Shown: piece by piece, positions 9,533-19,650 of the stretch
How positions within the stretch are numbered: the stretch's first letter is position 1
Layout of the letters: each line of letters opens with the position of its first letter
The notes under the pieces: generated by a model
The model's input: the letters and a program-made list of their open reading frames with translations, nothing else
Told to the model about the DNA's origin: nothing
Database searches by the model: none
Source: Sedimentisphaerales bacterium
Lineage (GTDB): Bacteria > Planctomycetota > Phycisphaerae > Sedimentisphaerales > SM23-30
Assembly (NCBI GenBank): GCA_963663965.2
Contig: CAXXFK010000015.1
Span: 224,001 to 288,000, forward strand
DNA length: 64,000 nt
Direction of reading: 5' to 3'
Translations under genes and position numbers: made by a program

Positions 9533-11551
9533 TTATTGACCTGCGAAGAACACTGCACCCCGGTAGTCTTGCTGAGCCGCACCGAAGTCCAGATAGCCAC
9601 GGAATTGAACGCCCAGAGTATTAAAGTCGGCTTGTGCCGATTCGATAGTGGGACGCTCAACACCATTCAGGAAAGCGATTTCAAAGGCCGGGACCACATT
9701 GGGGTCAGCAAACAGATACCAGCCCTTGGTACTGGCATTGGCATGGACCGAAGAATTGCTCAGATAGGGAGAGCAAACCGGGGCATACTTGCCAGCGTGA
9801 GGATTGCCATCGGGCTTCTCTTCTGAGTCGCCATCGGTCGGAGTGGCCAGATTCAGTTTGAGCGATCCATACAACTGCTCAGCCAGCACCTTCAGGGCGG
9901 TCGGCACAAGCATGGTCTGGGGAGAAATGCCCAGCGGATGACCATTGGGCTTAGTCTGGTCCAAGAACATTTGTTCCGCAGAGGTCAAAGCTGTGATAGA
10001 CAGGTAAGACGATGCACCGGAGGCATAGTTTTGGTGTGTGGTAGAAAAGAAAGCGCCAGCGTTCGCAAGGATCAGGGCCCAGACAATCATGTTGATGGAT
10101 TCAGCCGCACCCCGGCCAAAAGCGGCGGGAATTTCAGAGAAAGCACCCATGTCGTCATTGATGATCGTCTGACGATTCAGACTGAACATGATGCCATAGG
10201 TATCAGCCTGATTGCTGTAGGTCTCTTCTCCCAATTTGCCATGCTTGAACTCACCAGAAGGCGGGATCAATTGGAACTGCATGGTGTCAGTCAGGCGGTA
10301 ACGGCTGTGTTCCATGAAGTTATTGACCGGACGGGTCTTACAAACTCGTCGCCAAGAACTGTCCACACTTGCGAAGCTGTCCATCAGCACGGCATTAGCG
10401 GCCCCGGACAGAATATTCGGGAGAGACAGAGAAGAGAAGGCGGCACGAATGAAAGCGTCATGGCCACGGCGGGGCGAAGGAAGAGCGATGCCATCCAGAC
10501 GGGCGGCTTCGATAAACAATTCCTGAACGCCGAGGTTACGCAGGCTATAAGCCATTTCGAGAGTGTTCTCGCCGTAACGCTTCACCATTACAGAATCATT
10601 TGTCTGAGAATTGGACAGACAAATAGCGGCTTCCAAGACTTTCCGGTCAAGCCGTGGAGCACTGGGAACAAACATGCCCGGAGGTTGGGTCTGCTTGGCT
10701 TCCAGAACCGCCAGCTTGGTCTTATCGTGGCCCCATCCTTCCCGGATCGCCTTGGCTTCAATGTCAGGGTGTGCCCCGGCGCAAAGCTCTTTCACAGTGG
10801 CGATACGCTCAGATTCGGCGGCCAGTTGTTCCCGATATTTTTGAATATCGGCTTGCGGATTCAGTGCCGACGCCTCAACCGTGCCCTGCTTATTAGTATT
10901 TTCCGCAGAAGCTTGGACGCTGTCTTTGGTGTCGGCAGGAGTTTCGGTTTTGGCAGTCTGGCCCTTTGCTTCGAGGTCTTTGTTTTTTACCTCAGTGTCT
11001 TTGTTAGGATTAGGCATAGTGCTAGACTCCTTGTCATAAAAATTTGCAACAATCGTATTAGTTAGGTGGTCGGCCCCAAGCACAACCACAGAGACTTCCC
11101 TTAGTCTCGATTTAGATACAACCATGACCGGGCCCGTAATGGTCTGGCCATTGACAATCTCTGTTTCTTCTGCTTCAAGGTGATAACGTTCAATGATCTG
11201 GGCCCCGACAGAGGCTTGCAGCGGTACTCCACTGTCAGACAGTGCGGTCAATTGCTTTGCCTTTTCACTGCCAGAGGACAGTTTGCCTTCGACGTTGATT
11301 TTTCCGTCCGAGACAGTGACCTTGCTGATAACGCCTACTACATTGTCCACATCTTTGTAATGATTGTGGAGGGCAGGCATGGGAGTGTTTGCCTCCATCC
11401 CGTTCAGGTCGATAACAACCGGATCATAGTAACCAACCTGCATCGGTCCACCCGTATAGGCCAGCATGGTAAACTTGCGGTCCTTCGATTCACTACTGGC
11501 CGCTTCGATAGAAATGGCCTCGATAATTTGCAGTTTGTCACTATTTGGCAT
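9533..11551 (-). CDS. Prohead protease-scaffold-major capsid fusion protein
   Basis: N-terminal AYTGG, H, QASVG, LREVSVVVLGAD protease motifs; low-complexity linker; capsid motifs TYGIMFSLNRQTIINDD, LDFG....DYRG; start placed at MPNSDK. Confidence 0.9.
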   Translation of the reverse strand: MPNSDKLQIIEAISIEAASSESKDRKFTMLAYTGGPMQVGYYDPVVIDLNGMEANTPMPALHNHYKDVDNVVGVISKVTVSDGKINVEGKLSSGSEKAKQLTALSDSGVPLQASVGAQIIERYHLEAEETEIVNGQTITGPVMVVSKSRLREVSVVVLGADHLTNTIVANFYDKESSTMPNPNKDTEVKNKDLEAKGQTAKTETPADTKDSVQASAENTNKQGTVEASALNPQADIQKYREQLAAESERIATVKELCAGAHPDIEAKAIREGWGHDKTKLAVLEAKQTQPPGMFVPSAPRLDRKVLEAAICLSNSQTNDSVMVKRYGENTLEMAYSLRNLGVQELFIEAARLDGIALPSPRRGHDAFIRAAFSSLSLPNILSGAANAVLMDSFASVDSSWRRVCKTRPVNNFMEHSRYRLTDTMQFQLIPPSGEFKHGKLGEETYSNQADTYGIMFSLNRQTIINDDMGAFSEIPAAFGRGAAESINMIVWALILANAGAFFSTTHQNYASGASSYLSITALTSAEQMFLDQTKPNGHPLGISPQTMLVPTALKVLAEQLYGSLKLNLATPTDGDSEEKPDGNPHAGKYAPVCSPYLSNSSVHANASTKGWYLFADPNVVPAFEIAFLNGVERPTIESAQADFNTLGVQFRGYLDFGAAQQDYRGAVFFAGQ

Positions 11552-12992
11552 TGGAAGCCCCTTCACTGTCTGCGTTCTGTGGTGCAACGTCTTCCATGAC
11601 TAGCCCGAGTTCTTTCATTTTTGCTCGTTCCCGGCCAATTTGTTCGAGTTCCCGTTCCCAGTCCTTGCCCTGCTTGGCATACTCTGTGGCCAGAGTGGTT
11701 GTGTGTGAGACCAAGCGGGTCTGTTGCGCCGTAGCTTCTTTTTGCGGATCAACATGCTCGTCCCCGTCCCAGAACCAAACTCTCGGGATTCTGTGCAGAG
11801 TGCGGACCTTGATAGGGAGGTAGTCAGAAACCAGAATTGCCCGATCCAGCCACGCTCTGAAGATTTTATTAAGAACCACGGACTCGGCGTGTTGTCGTTC
11901 GACTCTCAGCATCTTGTAATAAGTCTGGAAGTCCAGCCGCCCAGAAGAGTAGTTGTAACCCGAGCTATTGGCCGCCGCCTTGTTGTAGGGAACCCCCAGA
12001 CATCGGGCGATTTCGTTTAATACTTCCCGCTTGAACTCAGCATAAGTGGTGACAGGCTGTTCAGCTTCAAGCTGTCCCAGTTTCCATCCACTCGGAAGAG
12101 TTGTCGCCATGTTCCGCTCAAGCTCAACTGTGTCCATCGGATCGACATCAGCGGCCTCGTCTGAGGCGTTCATGTCGGTGTAAAGAACAGCCGCAAAGTC
12201 GGCGGCGGTCTCAGCGGCCAAAATCGTTGCTAATGTGTATCGTCTCAGATGGGAGAACAAAGGAAGAGCCGGTGTAAGCTCAGGGATGGCCCTGTGTTGC
12301 TCCGGTCGGTCAGCAGTCATCCAATGGATCACATCTTCAGCAGGAATGCGATTGTAGGCCCGATCCGTGGAAAAAGTGAAAGTGTCCCCCGGATGACTCT
12401 GGGTGAAGTAATAGGCAACCGAGTTGCCCCAGTCGTCCAATACAATCCCGTCGATAATATTGGAAGGAAGTTTAACTCCAATTGGACTCGTCACCCGATC
12501 CGTTTCCATAGGGCGTATGTCCATTTTTACCGGGGATTCGAGTTTGCGATTGGTTGACATGACCGCAAACGCTTCACCGTCAACGCTCTTGGCTTTTCGC
12601 ATGGTGCGAAGTTTTTCGGCCAGACGAATTTCGTCAGCCCACGCCATAAACTCTTCTTCGATAATTGAATTGATTTCGCTGTTGAGAGTGGCCAGTTGTA
12701 TGCGGGGGCCAGTGCCAATAGTGTCTTGTGCAAGTGTGTTCACTATGCCCCGTGCGTAACTGTTATTAGCCACCTCGTAACGGCTTCGATTGCGAAGAAT
12801 CCGTCTAACTTCAGGCGAGTTTGATGCGTCTGGGCTCAGGTTGTCATTAGCCTGTTGCCAATGTCGCTGATTGATGTTATTTGTCTGAGCCGAGTCGTAC
12901 TTGACAGCCCGCAGATTAATTCTGGGCCGTGGAGTGACGATAGAGATGTTTCCACTAGGGGCAGCTATGGACTGGGTGACGATCTGAGTCAT
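11541..12992 (-). CDS. Phage portal protein, lambda family
   Basis: LRNRSRY..NNSYA.G, DGE.F, RP.Q.R.IP, NYSSGR, HVDPQKE. Confidence 0.93.
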   Translation of the reverse strand: MTQIVTQSIAAPSGNISIVTPRPRINLRAVKYDSAQTNNINQRHWQQANDNLSPDASNSPEVRRILRNRSRYEVANNSYARGIVNTLAQDTIGTGPRIQLATLNSEINSIIEEEFMAWADEIRLAEKLRTMRKAKSVDGEAFAVMSTNRKLESPVKMDIRPMETDRVTSPIGVKLPSNIIDGIVLDDWGNSVAYYFTQSHPGDTFTFSTDRAYNRIPAEDVIHWMTADRPEQHRAIPELTPALPLFSHLRRYTLATILAAETAADFAAVLYTDMNASDEAADVDPMDTVELERNMATTLPSGWKLGQLEAEQPVTTYAEFKREVLNEIARCLGVPYNKAAANSSGYNYSSGRLDFQTYYKMLRVERQHAESVVLNKIFRAWLDRAILVSDYLPIKVRTLHRIPRVWFWDGDEHVDPQKEATAQQTRLVSHTTTLATEYAKQGKDWERELEQIGRERAKMKELGLVMEDVAPQNADSEGASNAK

Positions 12993-13189
12993 TACGCACC
13001 CCCCGCAGGAGATAGCTGATAGATGCGTATCCCGAGTTTTTTTCTGGAAGCCGCTCGCTTAGAGGCCAAGTAACGGTCAGCGGCAATCTGATCAGCCAAG
13101 CTATGTTGCTCTACTGATCCAGCGTCATTGCTGGCCTTCTTAGGCCCGGTAGCATTGGTTTCAATTGTGGTGTCGAGATCGTCACTCAT
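12992..13189 (-). CDS. Head-tail adaptor (gpW-like)
   Basis: 65 aa directly before portal; GSVEQHSLADQIAADRY. Confidence 0.65.
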   Translation of the reverse strand: MSDDLDTTIETNATGPKKASNDAGSVEQHSLADQIAADRYLASKRAASRKKLGIRIYQLSPAGGA

Positions 13190-13249
13190 GCCTCTATTTT
13201 GAAAAAAACAGAGACTCGACACAAATTGTGTGTGGCATGTTTACCGACC

Positions 13250-13307
13250 ATACCTACATATCTATAGATTTATTTTTTTTATACCTACATATCTATAGAT
13301 TTATTTT
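13250..13307. repeat. Two identical 27-bp direct repeats ATACCTACATATCTATAGATTTATTTT
   Basis: Copies at 13250-13276 and 13281-13307, each containing the palindrome ATCTATAGAT. Confidence 0.9.
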
Positions 13308-13476
13308 GAAAAATTCTCTCTGAGGTAGTGAACCTTTTTCCGCAGTTTCGGCACTCTCGGCGGCGAGTCCTACGGTTTCTCAGGTCTTGAGTGTAGACAA
13401 CCGGAACGTGACCGCAGTTGCACACCGGGCATCTAACGCCATGGTTTTGATTATTTTCTTTCTGATCGTCAGCCAT
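13285..13476 (-). CDS. Zinc-ribbon protein (Ogr/Delta- or NrdR N-terminal-like), putative late regulator
   Basis: CPVC...VYT....RRRECRNCGKRFTTSE. Confidence 0.75.
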   Translation of the reverse strand: MADDQKENNQNHGVRCPVCNCGHVPVVYTQDLRNRRTRRRECRNCGKRFTTSERIFQNKSIDM

Positions 13477-13477
13477 C

Positions 13478-15574
13478 TTACGCTCGCCTTTCTCGCTGTA
13501 TCTGCGACAACTTGATCTTCTTTTTAGATTCAACCTTGGAGGCATGACCGACTAACTTACAACCACACAGACTGGCCGCAACACAATTGCCAACCAGACA
13601 ATCCAGCCAGTGATTGTCCGGTGATCCGGGGACAGGTGTCCATTGATGAACTACCCGACCATGGCCCTCTGTCTTGGTCCATGACTCTGACCCGGCCACA
13701 TGCTCGGCAAACATTCTATGGATTTCAGGTTTTGTCCCAAACAGAGTCAGTGAGCCGGGCTCCCCGCCAGCGGCCATAAGCCTTTCATGGCTAAAAGTCT
13801 TCCAATAATTAGTGTCAATCAGTACATAAGGGTACTCACCTGTTGTCCGTTTGACATTGGGGATCATCCAGTGTTCACCATAACGCTCGCCGGGTTTTCG
13901 TCGATAGGAAGACATAGGTTTGTTGCCAGCCTTGACAGACACACCTTTGCTGGACATGATCGGGGCGTCCATTTCCCGTTTGACGTTTTCAATAATTCCC
14001 GGCTTGTACCCTGCATCGATAAAAATTCTGTCTATCTTGACAATACCTCCACCGCCTGCCTTCTTCCATGGGTAACTCATCAGCTTAGCGACCAAATCCT
14101 TCAATCCTGCCTGTATGACTGCATCTTTGACAATTCCCTTGTAGAGAGTGTCCATGGAGACATGAGGCTTTCTATGAGTGAAGTAGGCCCGTTTCTGGTC
14201 AGGGTATGAGCCATAGTCAACTATCCACCCAGTGAAGTCCTGCTCCCATGCACAGACAACATAGTAGAGGATTTTGTCGTGCACATCGATGAAGGCTGTC
14301 AGAAAGTGGGCCCGGAACGGGATTTCACACTGTGCCCGATGATTGATCTGGTCCATGAGAGCCTCGGGAGTCAGAACGTCCCCATCTGCCTCCTGAGTGA
14401 CAGGCTCGTTCTGATACTCCGCATAAAAACTCTCTTCATCGTCATAGAATAAATTCATGGCGGCTTGGAGAGCCGAGATTTCTTTTTTGCGAGTATAACG
14501 ATCCAGCCATGAGACCTCTGCTCCTTCATCCATGGCTTCACGATTCTCTCGATAAAAGTCTGTGGCCTCCGATCCGTTGCCATCAGCCGCATACGATTCG
14601 CTTCTGATTTTGGCATACTGGTCCCACAGCTTCATATTAGACGGGAAGTGGATCAGCATTTTAGTTCGCTCGCCCTGCCATGTCGGGTTTTTGGTCCGGT
14701 CAAGAAGTTGGTCGGCAAGGTCGAGAGGCTGAATGACCGTACAAGGAATAATAATGGCGGTATTCTGTCCGGGACCGGCCAGCCCCTTGATTGCCCCGTT
14801 AATGATTGACAGACGTTGTGTGATCTGCATCGGGGACCGGGCTGACTGGTCTGTCTGTGGATCGTCAACAATTACCAAAGTGGGCCTGATTTTCTCGCCA
14901 TCAGGCAGGACGTGATTTGCTCCACGAATTGAACCAGTAATTCCAGAGGCTTCTATGATCGCCCCTGAGCAGGTTGATCCCGGAATATCAGCAAAAATAA
15001 TCTGACTGGTTGACCATGCAATGTTGGTGTTTACTCCCCGATACTTCTGCCCGGTACATCGGCGGGACTCGCCTTGGAGTTGCCAGAACGGGAACACCGC
15101 TTCAGGGAAGTCCTGAAGAAGGAGTTTGTTTTTGTAAAGCTGATGCTGAATATTGCCCATCATCTGCTCAGCATCCTCGTTTGTACTGCCAACCAGAAAG
15201 ACGTAATGATGTTTCCCTGTCAGGACCGCCCATAGGACCGCCGCTTCGCAAAGCGTTGTCTTGCCTGATCCCCGAGGCATGGCCACGGCAAACTTTTCCA
15301 GATCGATAACCACACGCTCGATCTTGTCGATGGCAACCAAGTGATGGTCACTCCATGCCAGATTGAACTGTTTTTTTAGGTAGATTTCACAGAAGCTCTT
15401 GAACGAAGTCTCGGCCACAGCCCTGCGAATCGGGTCTTTAATCGGTGGGATCGAAGGAAGCTCCTGACCAGCCGCACTACGGGCACGAGACCGCTCATTA
15501 GCAGTCTGTCGCCTGCGCTCTGCCTGTCGTTTCAGTTCCTCAAGTCTGGCTGGATCGGGACTTGATGACTTCAT
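13478..15574 (-). CDS. Terminase large subunit (GpA-like)
   Basis: Walker A PRGSGKTT, Walker B VIVDDPQ, nuclease motifs AFIDVH, IFIDAG, DNHWLDC. Confidence 0.93.
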   Translation of the reverse strand: MKSSSPDPARLEELKRQAERRRQTANERSRARSAAGQELPSIPPIKDPIRRAVAETSFKSFCEIYLKKQFNLAWSDHHLVAIDKIERVVIDLEKFAVAMPRGSGKTTLCEAAVLWAVLTGKHHYVFLVGSTNEDAEQMMGNIQHQLYKNKLLLQDFPEAVFPFWQLQGESRRCTGQKYRGVNTNIAWSTSQIIFADIPGSTCSGAIIEASGITGSIRGANHVLPDGEKIRPTLVIVDDPQTDQSARSPMQITQRLSIINGAIKGLAGPGQNTAIIIPCTVIQPLDLADQLLDRTKNPTWQGERTKMLIHFPSNMKLWDQYAKIRSESYAADGNGSEATDFYRENREAMDEGAEVSWLDRYTRKKEISALQAAMNLFYDDEESFYAEYQNEPVTQEADGDVLTPEALMDQINHRAQCEIPFRAHFLTAFIDVHDKILYYVVCAWEQDFTGWIVDYGSYPDQKRAYFTHRKPHVSMDTLYKGIVKDAVIQAGLKDLVAKLMSYPWKKAGGGGIVKIDRIFIDAGYKPGIIENVKREMDAPIMSSKGVSVKAGNKPMSSYRRKPGERYGEHWMIPNVKRTTGEYPYVLIDTNYWKTFSHERLMAAGGEPGSLTLFGTKPEIHRMFAEHVAGSESWTKTEGHGRVVHQWTPVPGSPDNHWLDCLVGNCVAASLCGCKLVGHASKVESKKKIKLSQIQRERRA

Positions 15575-15995
15575 GGGCCGCTATCCTTGCGTGTTCTGAT
15601 AATGGGTAAGTTTCGTCCGTGAGTTGCAACGGCAACAGATGTGCCGCTATTTCGTCTAATTGAGCTTGAAGGTCTGTGGGGTCAGGGCCAGTGTCGATCT
15701 GCTTTCTCTCAGCCTTGTAGAGCCCCAAAAGCTTATTCAGTTCCCGTTGGGCCTGCAACGCTGTCTTAATATCCTTGGTTGCCTGTGCCAGTTTAAAAAT
15801 TTCATTGATCCGGGTGATAGCCTTGCCGATCTGCTCAGACTGATCATAGTCCGAAGCGATAGCAATCGACCGCTTAGCCTGCTCAAGCAAATCTTTGGAT
15901 TTGTCCGGTGAGACGTTCTGTTGTTTTAACGACTCTAAAATCTGGGAGTCAGTAAAACCGTTGCACAACAGAATAATAATCTGGTCTTTTGTCAT
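15540..15995 (-). CDS. Putative terminase small subunit
   Basis: Helical 151-aa ORF overlapping the terminase large subunit start; AL.A..EL.KLLGLY. Confidence 0.6.
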   Translation of the reverse strand: MTKDQIIILLCNGFTDSQILESLKQQNVSPDKSKDLLEQAKRSIAIASDYDQSEQIGKAITRINEIFKLAQATKDIKTALQAQRELNKLLGLYKAERKQIDTGPDPTDLQAQLDEIAAHLLPLQLTDETYPLSEHARIAAHEVIKSRSSQT

Positions 15996-16078
15996 AAACT
16001 GTAAACAAAAAATGGCCATGTGTCCTGGAGACAATGGGGCACATGACCGATAGATAGATAAATAAACCAATTACTTTT

Positions 16079-16618
16079 TTAAATTAAGTCGTCAAACAAG
16101 CCCGGCTCTCTGGGAGTCAGGGCCTCGAACTCTCGCTTGATAAAGTCCCTCTTTGTCATACCAAGCTTTTTACCCTTGCGGGTGTGTTGGTCATAAGCAT
16201 AATCTGGTATGGTTTCCAGATCGGCTCTAGCCTCTTCAATATAACTTTCTAAAATTTTAGAGTCAACTAATTTTTCATCATAAACACAATTAGTCAGGTG
16301 ATCCGCATCACGGGACTTGCGTGCTAAGGCCAATAATATGATCGCCTTGCTCGCAAATACCCGGCCCGAACCCTTCTTTTTCTTGTTGGCGGCCTGCCAT
16401 GATCGATATAATGCCTCAACTTCATACGTTATTATGCCCCAGACATCCTCTGCGGAGATGACCAACAGCCGTTTCCACAGGTATTCCCGGAAGCCTGATT
16501 CAAAGAGTTCAATCCCAAAGTACCCGGCGAGGCGGGAGTCGCCTCGCCGGATAGCTTTCTGCATTGCGCTGGTGACTTCAAAAAAGTCATAGTTCCTTAC
16601 GGTTCTCAATGGTGGCAT
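16079..16618 (-). CDS. Stand-alone MgsA/RarA C-terminal-like helical domain protein
   Basis: SAMQKAIRRGD, LWKRLLVISAEDV, IPDYAYDQHT; no Walker motifs. Confidence 0.75.
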   Translation of the reverse strand: MPPLRTVRNYDFFEVTSAMQKAIRRGDSRLAGYFGIELFESGFREYLWKRLLVISAEDVWGIITYEVEALYRSWQAANKKKKGSGRVFASKAIILLALARKSRDADHLTNCVYDEKLVDSKILESYIEEARADLETIPDYAYDQHTRKGKKLGMTKRDFIKREFEALTPREPGLFDDLI

Positions 16619-17745
16619 TATGCGGCCTCACTTTCTTTTTAGAGATTTTATTGATTGCTTGATTGATCCAGTCAATTGCGTCCTGCTCATTGTTTACTCT
16701 GTTACCAATAAATAGGTCAAACTCTTCAGTCAGTTCGGGTAGTATCGGAGTGACCAACCCCAAAGAGTCATAAAGATTGCCCGGTATCAGACGGCCTATT
16801 CCAGTAAGTGCTAATCGCATGAAGGCGATTTCACTGACCGCAAACGTTAATGAATTAATGTCGAGAGGATGGGTGAAGTCTTTTAGAGTGATCCGCTGAA
16901 ACTCATGCTTCACCTTACTTCCCAAGTCAGACATATAAATCGTCGCCACCAGCTTCACGTTGATTCCCTGCCGAGTCAAACTGTCGGCCATGGCCAGCAT
17001 ACAGGCCCCTCTGCAAAGACTTACTTCGGGGTCTCTGTACCATGCCGCTGCAATGTCAATCCCAATAGTCACTTGCCGGGTGGAACGGGGTCTTTTTCAT
17101 TGACTCCCACATTTGTGGATTCCTGTTCAGGAACTTATCAACGTCAATTTCAGAACCGGCATCCAGATTGCGACGCCTTTTTCTGCGTGGTTTGTAAGAA
17201 GGCTGAATATCAGAAACGTCTGCTATTTTGTCTTTGAACTCATCAATCTTGTCTTTGTAAAAACCAGACGGACTCTCGAGTTCTTGATAAAATTTATGTT
17301 TCGTGAAGCCGTTGCCCCATTCGCCATGGCCTCTGAATTTATCGTCCAGAATTTTATTAACATGGTCGCCGTTTTTCCGGACAGCGGACAAATTTCTATC
17401 GAAAGCAACGTCGAGAACGTCTTTCAAGCTGTCCCATTCAACATGAAATACATTACCTTGGTAATAGGTCTGTACGCTATAGCCCCCGTGACTATGCTGT
17501 GTCTTGGTTTTTTTAGGGGACTCTTTTTTGGTGGTTTGCGGTTCAGTAGTGGAAGGTTGAGTGTCAGTGGCCTTGCGACTCTTAACCTTGCTCTTGGTTG
17601 GCTGATCTTCTGCGGTATGAGGTCCACAGGCTTCACATTTCACGCCAAAATGTTTTTTCCAGTAAACCGGATCGCCCTTGGCCACGGAAGCCCCGCATTT
17701 GGCGCATTTGCCTTTAAACCGTGCTGGAATTTTAGTGCTTTTCAT
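16587..17745 (-). pseudogene. Zn-ribbon plus VWA/CobT-like partner of the AAA+ ATPase, split by a +1 frameshift near 17087-17097
   Basis: ORFs 17056-17745 and 16587-17072 join on removing one base (…GSEIDVDKFL…VTIGIDIA…RGA…LADSL..QG); N-terminal CxxC...CxxC. Confidence 0.65.
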
Positions 17746-17786
17746 TTTTTTGTCTCCTGTTCAAAAGGTTAAGTTTATTCATCTGC

Positions 17787-17819
17787 ACGAAGCCTAGCAC
17801 AGTAGTGCTAGGCAGTCAA
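17787..17819 (-). promoter_or_regulatory. Phage promoter, copy 1 (TTGACT-17-TAGGCT), overlapping a GCCTAGCAC/GTGCTAGGC hairpin
   Basis: Shares CTGTG(A/C)TAGGCTTCGT with two other copies. Confidence 0.6.
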
Positions 17820-17835
17820 ACATAGTGGACAAAAT

Positions 17836-18783
17836 TTATATGTTTTTTACTTTTTCTTTTTCGTCCTTAGACCAAGATTGCAGATAAAGAGCCTTAACTT
17901 CGTCAAGAGTGAAACCGGCCTGAAGTTTTTGGATGGTTTTGATGACTAATCTGGTACTGGCAATCCGATGGAGTCTGCATTGATTGATCGCTTTGCGAAC
18001 CCCATGGACCCAAGCCAGCACTTCCTCACCGCCTTCTACTCCCTGCACTATGGTTTTTTCTAGTTGCTCGTCATAGTCAACATACAACTGGTCAGTGACG
18101 AATCTTTCAAGAGACGTCGCACATAGTTGGTTGCGACCAACATACATCGCATCAGCCCCTAGGCCATAGGTATTAGCCGCTGTCACAATTATGCAATTTT
18201 CATGACGTTCGATAACTTCACTTGTTACCGGGTTACACATGTGCCCGTTTTCAAGGGCCGCATTAATTGAAACCATGACGTTCGCCTCAGCCGCATCGAG
18301 CTCGTCTAACAAAAATACGCCTCCATGTCGATAAGTCTCAACAAAGGGAGTGGTCCGAAAAGACCAGCCCTCACCGTTTTCGTTCGGTAAAACCCGTCCA
18401 AACAGATGGGTTTCACTGATCCCTTCAGACATCGAGACGAATGAGAATGGAAGGTCAAGGGTTTTGGCCAGATGTTTAGCTAAAGTGGTTTTTCCGGTCC
18501 CGCTCGGACCGACCAGCATCACATTGCGTGCTCCGCTATTAATCAGCTTCAGGACCATCTCAAGCTCTTTGTGGGGATTGTCAATAGTGTTGACCGCATT
18601 CAGGGGCTTGATAGTGACTTCAAGCTTTCTGACCGACTCAGCCACAGTCTCTTCAACAATTTTGCGAACCATATCCTCATTGACCGGAGAGCTAATTCTC
18701 TGTTGCAGAGTTACGGCCATCAGTTCGACCAGATTTTCAGCATTGGGAGCTACGACTTTTTCAATTGTTGTTTCGGTTGCCAT
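17836..18783 (-). CDS. AAA+ ATPase (MoxR/CbbQ/NorQ-like)
   Basis: GPSGTGKTT, FLLDELD, AANT.G, Arg-finger ERF; GGAG RBS. Confidence 0.88.
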   Translation of the reverse strand: MATETTIEKVVAPNAENLVELMAVTLQQRISSPVNEDMVRKIVEETVAESVRKLEVTIKPLNAVNTIDNPHKELEMVLKLINSGARNVMLVGPSGTGKTTLAKHLAKTLDLPFSFVSMSEGISETHLFGRVLPNENGEGWSFRTTPFVETYRHGGVFLLDELDAAEANVMVSINAALENGHMCNPVTSEVIERHENCIIVTAANTYGLGADAMYVGRNQLCATSLERFVTDQLYVDYDEQLEKTIVQGVEGGEEVLAWVHGVRKAINQCRLHRIASTRLVIKTIQKLQAGFTLDEVKALYLQSWSKDEKEKVKNI

Positions 18784-18862
18784 CTTGTGTCTCCTGTAAA
18801 AAAAGTAAAAGTAAAGTAATTGGTGTGTGAGAATTTTTTTAATTCATATTATTCAATTGTCA

Positions 18863-18897
18863 TAAACGAAGCCTATCACAGTCTAAAATTTTGTCAA
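18863..18897 (-). promoter_or_regulatory. Phage promoter, copy 2 (TTGACA-16-TAGGCT)
   Basis: 19-nt identity with the copy at 24833-24851. Confidence 0.65.
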
Positions 18898-18936
18898 ACT
18901 GAAATAGGCAAAAATGCTAAAATTTTAGAAAATAAT

Positions 18937-19650
18937 TTATTGGCGACGAGGGACTCTTATGCCAAAGTGGATTTGTGACTTAGATTCACGGGTATGTAAA
19001 TACTGGCCCCATCGCTTGAGCAGATAATTAATTTCTTTTTGGTGTCGTTCCTGTGATCGAAGCTTGGACCCGCCGCCTGCCCCGGCAAATAAATCGTAGG
19101 CAAAGTCATAGCGTCCGTCCACCATAACGATACGGTCTAACATCAGAGACTTCAGGCAAAAGTCAATGTCTGCCCGGAGCAATAGCGAGGTGTCATAGCG
19201 AAGCTCACGGCCTATGATCCCAATCGAACCGCCTACCCAAGCATTGAGATGGAACGGGTCAAACGGCTTATAAGCCACAGGGCGGGCGCAAATCTGAAAC
19301 CCGAACACTCTGGCCCCGGCCTCCTGTGCGACGATGGCGAGACGTTCCACAATGGCTTGAGCCTCTCTGGGATCGGTGATCCGTCTCTTGTGAAACCCGG
19401 TCTGGTCGTAGAGCTTTTTGAGGTCATCGTCGATTTGATAGACTACCGGATCGTCAACGTGATCCAGAATCCATTGGCGAAGCGGGCCAATGCCAAGAAT
19501 ATCGTCCGGGTGGATCAGCAAATTTTTTGTGACCTTGAAATAGTCGTCACGTTCTGACTCGCCAACACATACCACAGCGTCAGGGAACAGGGCGAGAGTT
19601 CTCTCGCCCACAATATTTGATCGGCCTTTACTCGGAATAACTATCTGCAT
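18937..19650 (-). CDS. GT-A fold glycosyltransferase, GREB1/TAGT-like
   Basis: IVIPSKGR start, R.WILD, IDDD motif, ADIDF, GAGGG..R. Confidence 0.78.
   Translation of the reverse strand: MQIVIPSKGRSNIVGERTLALFPDAVVCVGESERDDYFKVTKNLLIHPDDILGIGPLRQWILDHVDDPVVYQIDDDLKKLYDQTGFHKRRITDPREAQAIVERLAIVAQEAGARVFGFQICARPVAYKPFDPFHLNAWVGGSIGIIGRELRYDTSLLLRADIDFCLKSLMLDRIVMVDGRYDFAYDLFAGAGGGSKLRSQERHQKEINYLLKRWGQYLHTRESKSQIHFGIRVPRRQ

Noticed and set aside
9938..11065. 375-aa plus-strand ORF and other long plus-strand ORFs in the prophage (e.g. 1677-2417, 17113-17772)
   Set aside because: They lie antisense to well-supported phage genes and show no recognisable motifs; treated as shadow ORFs
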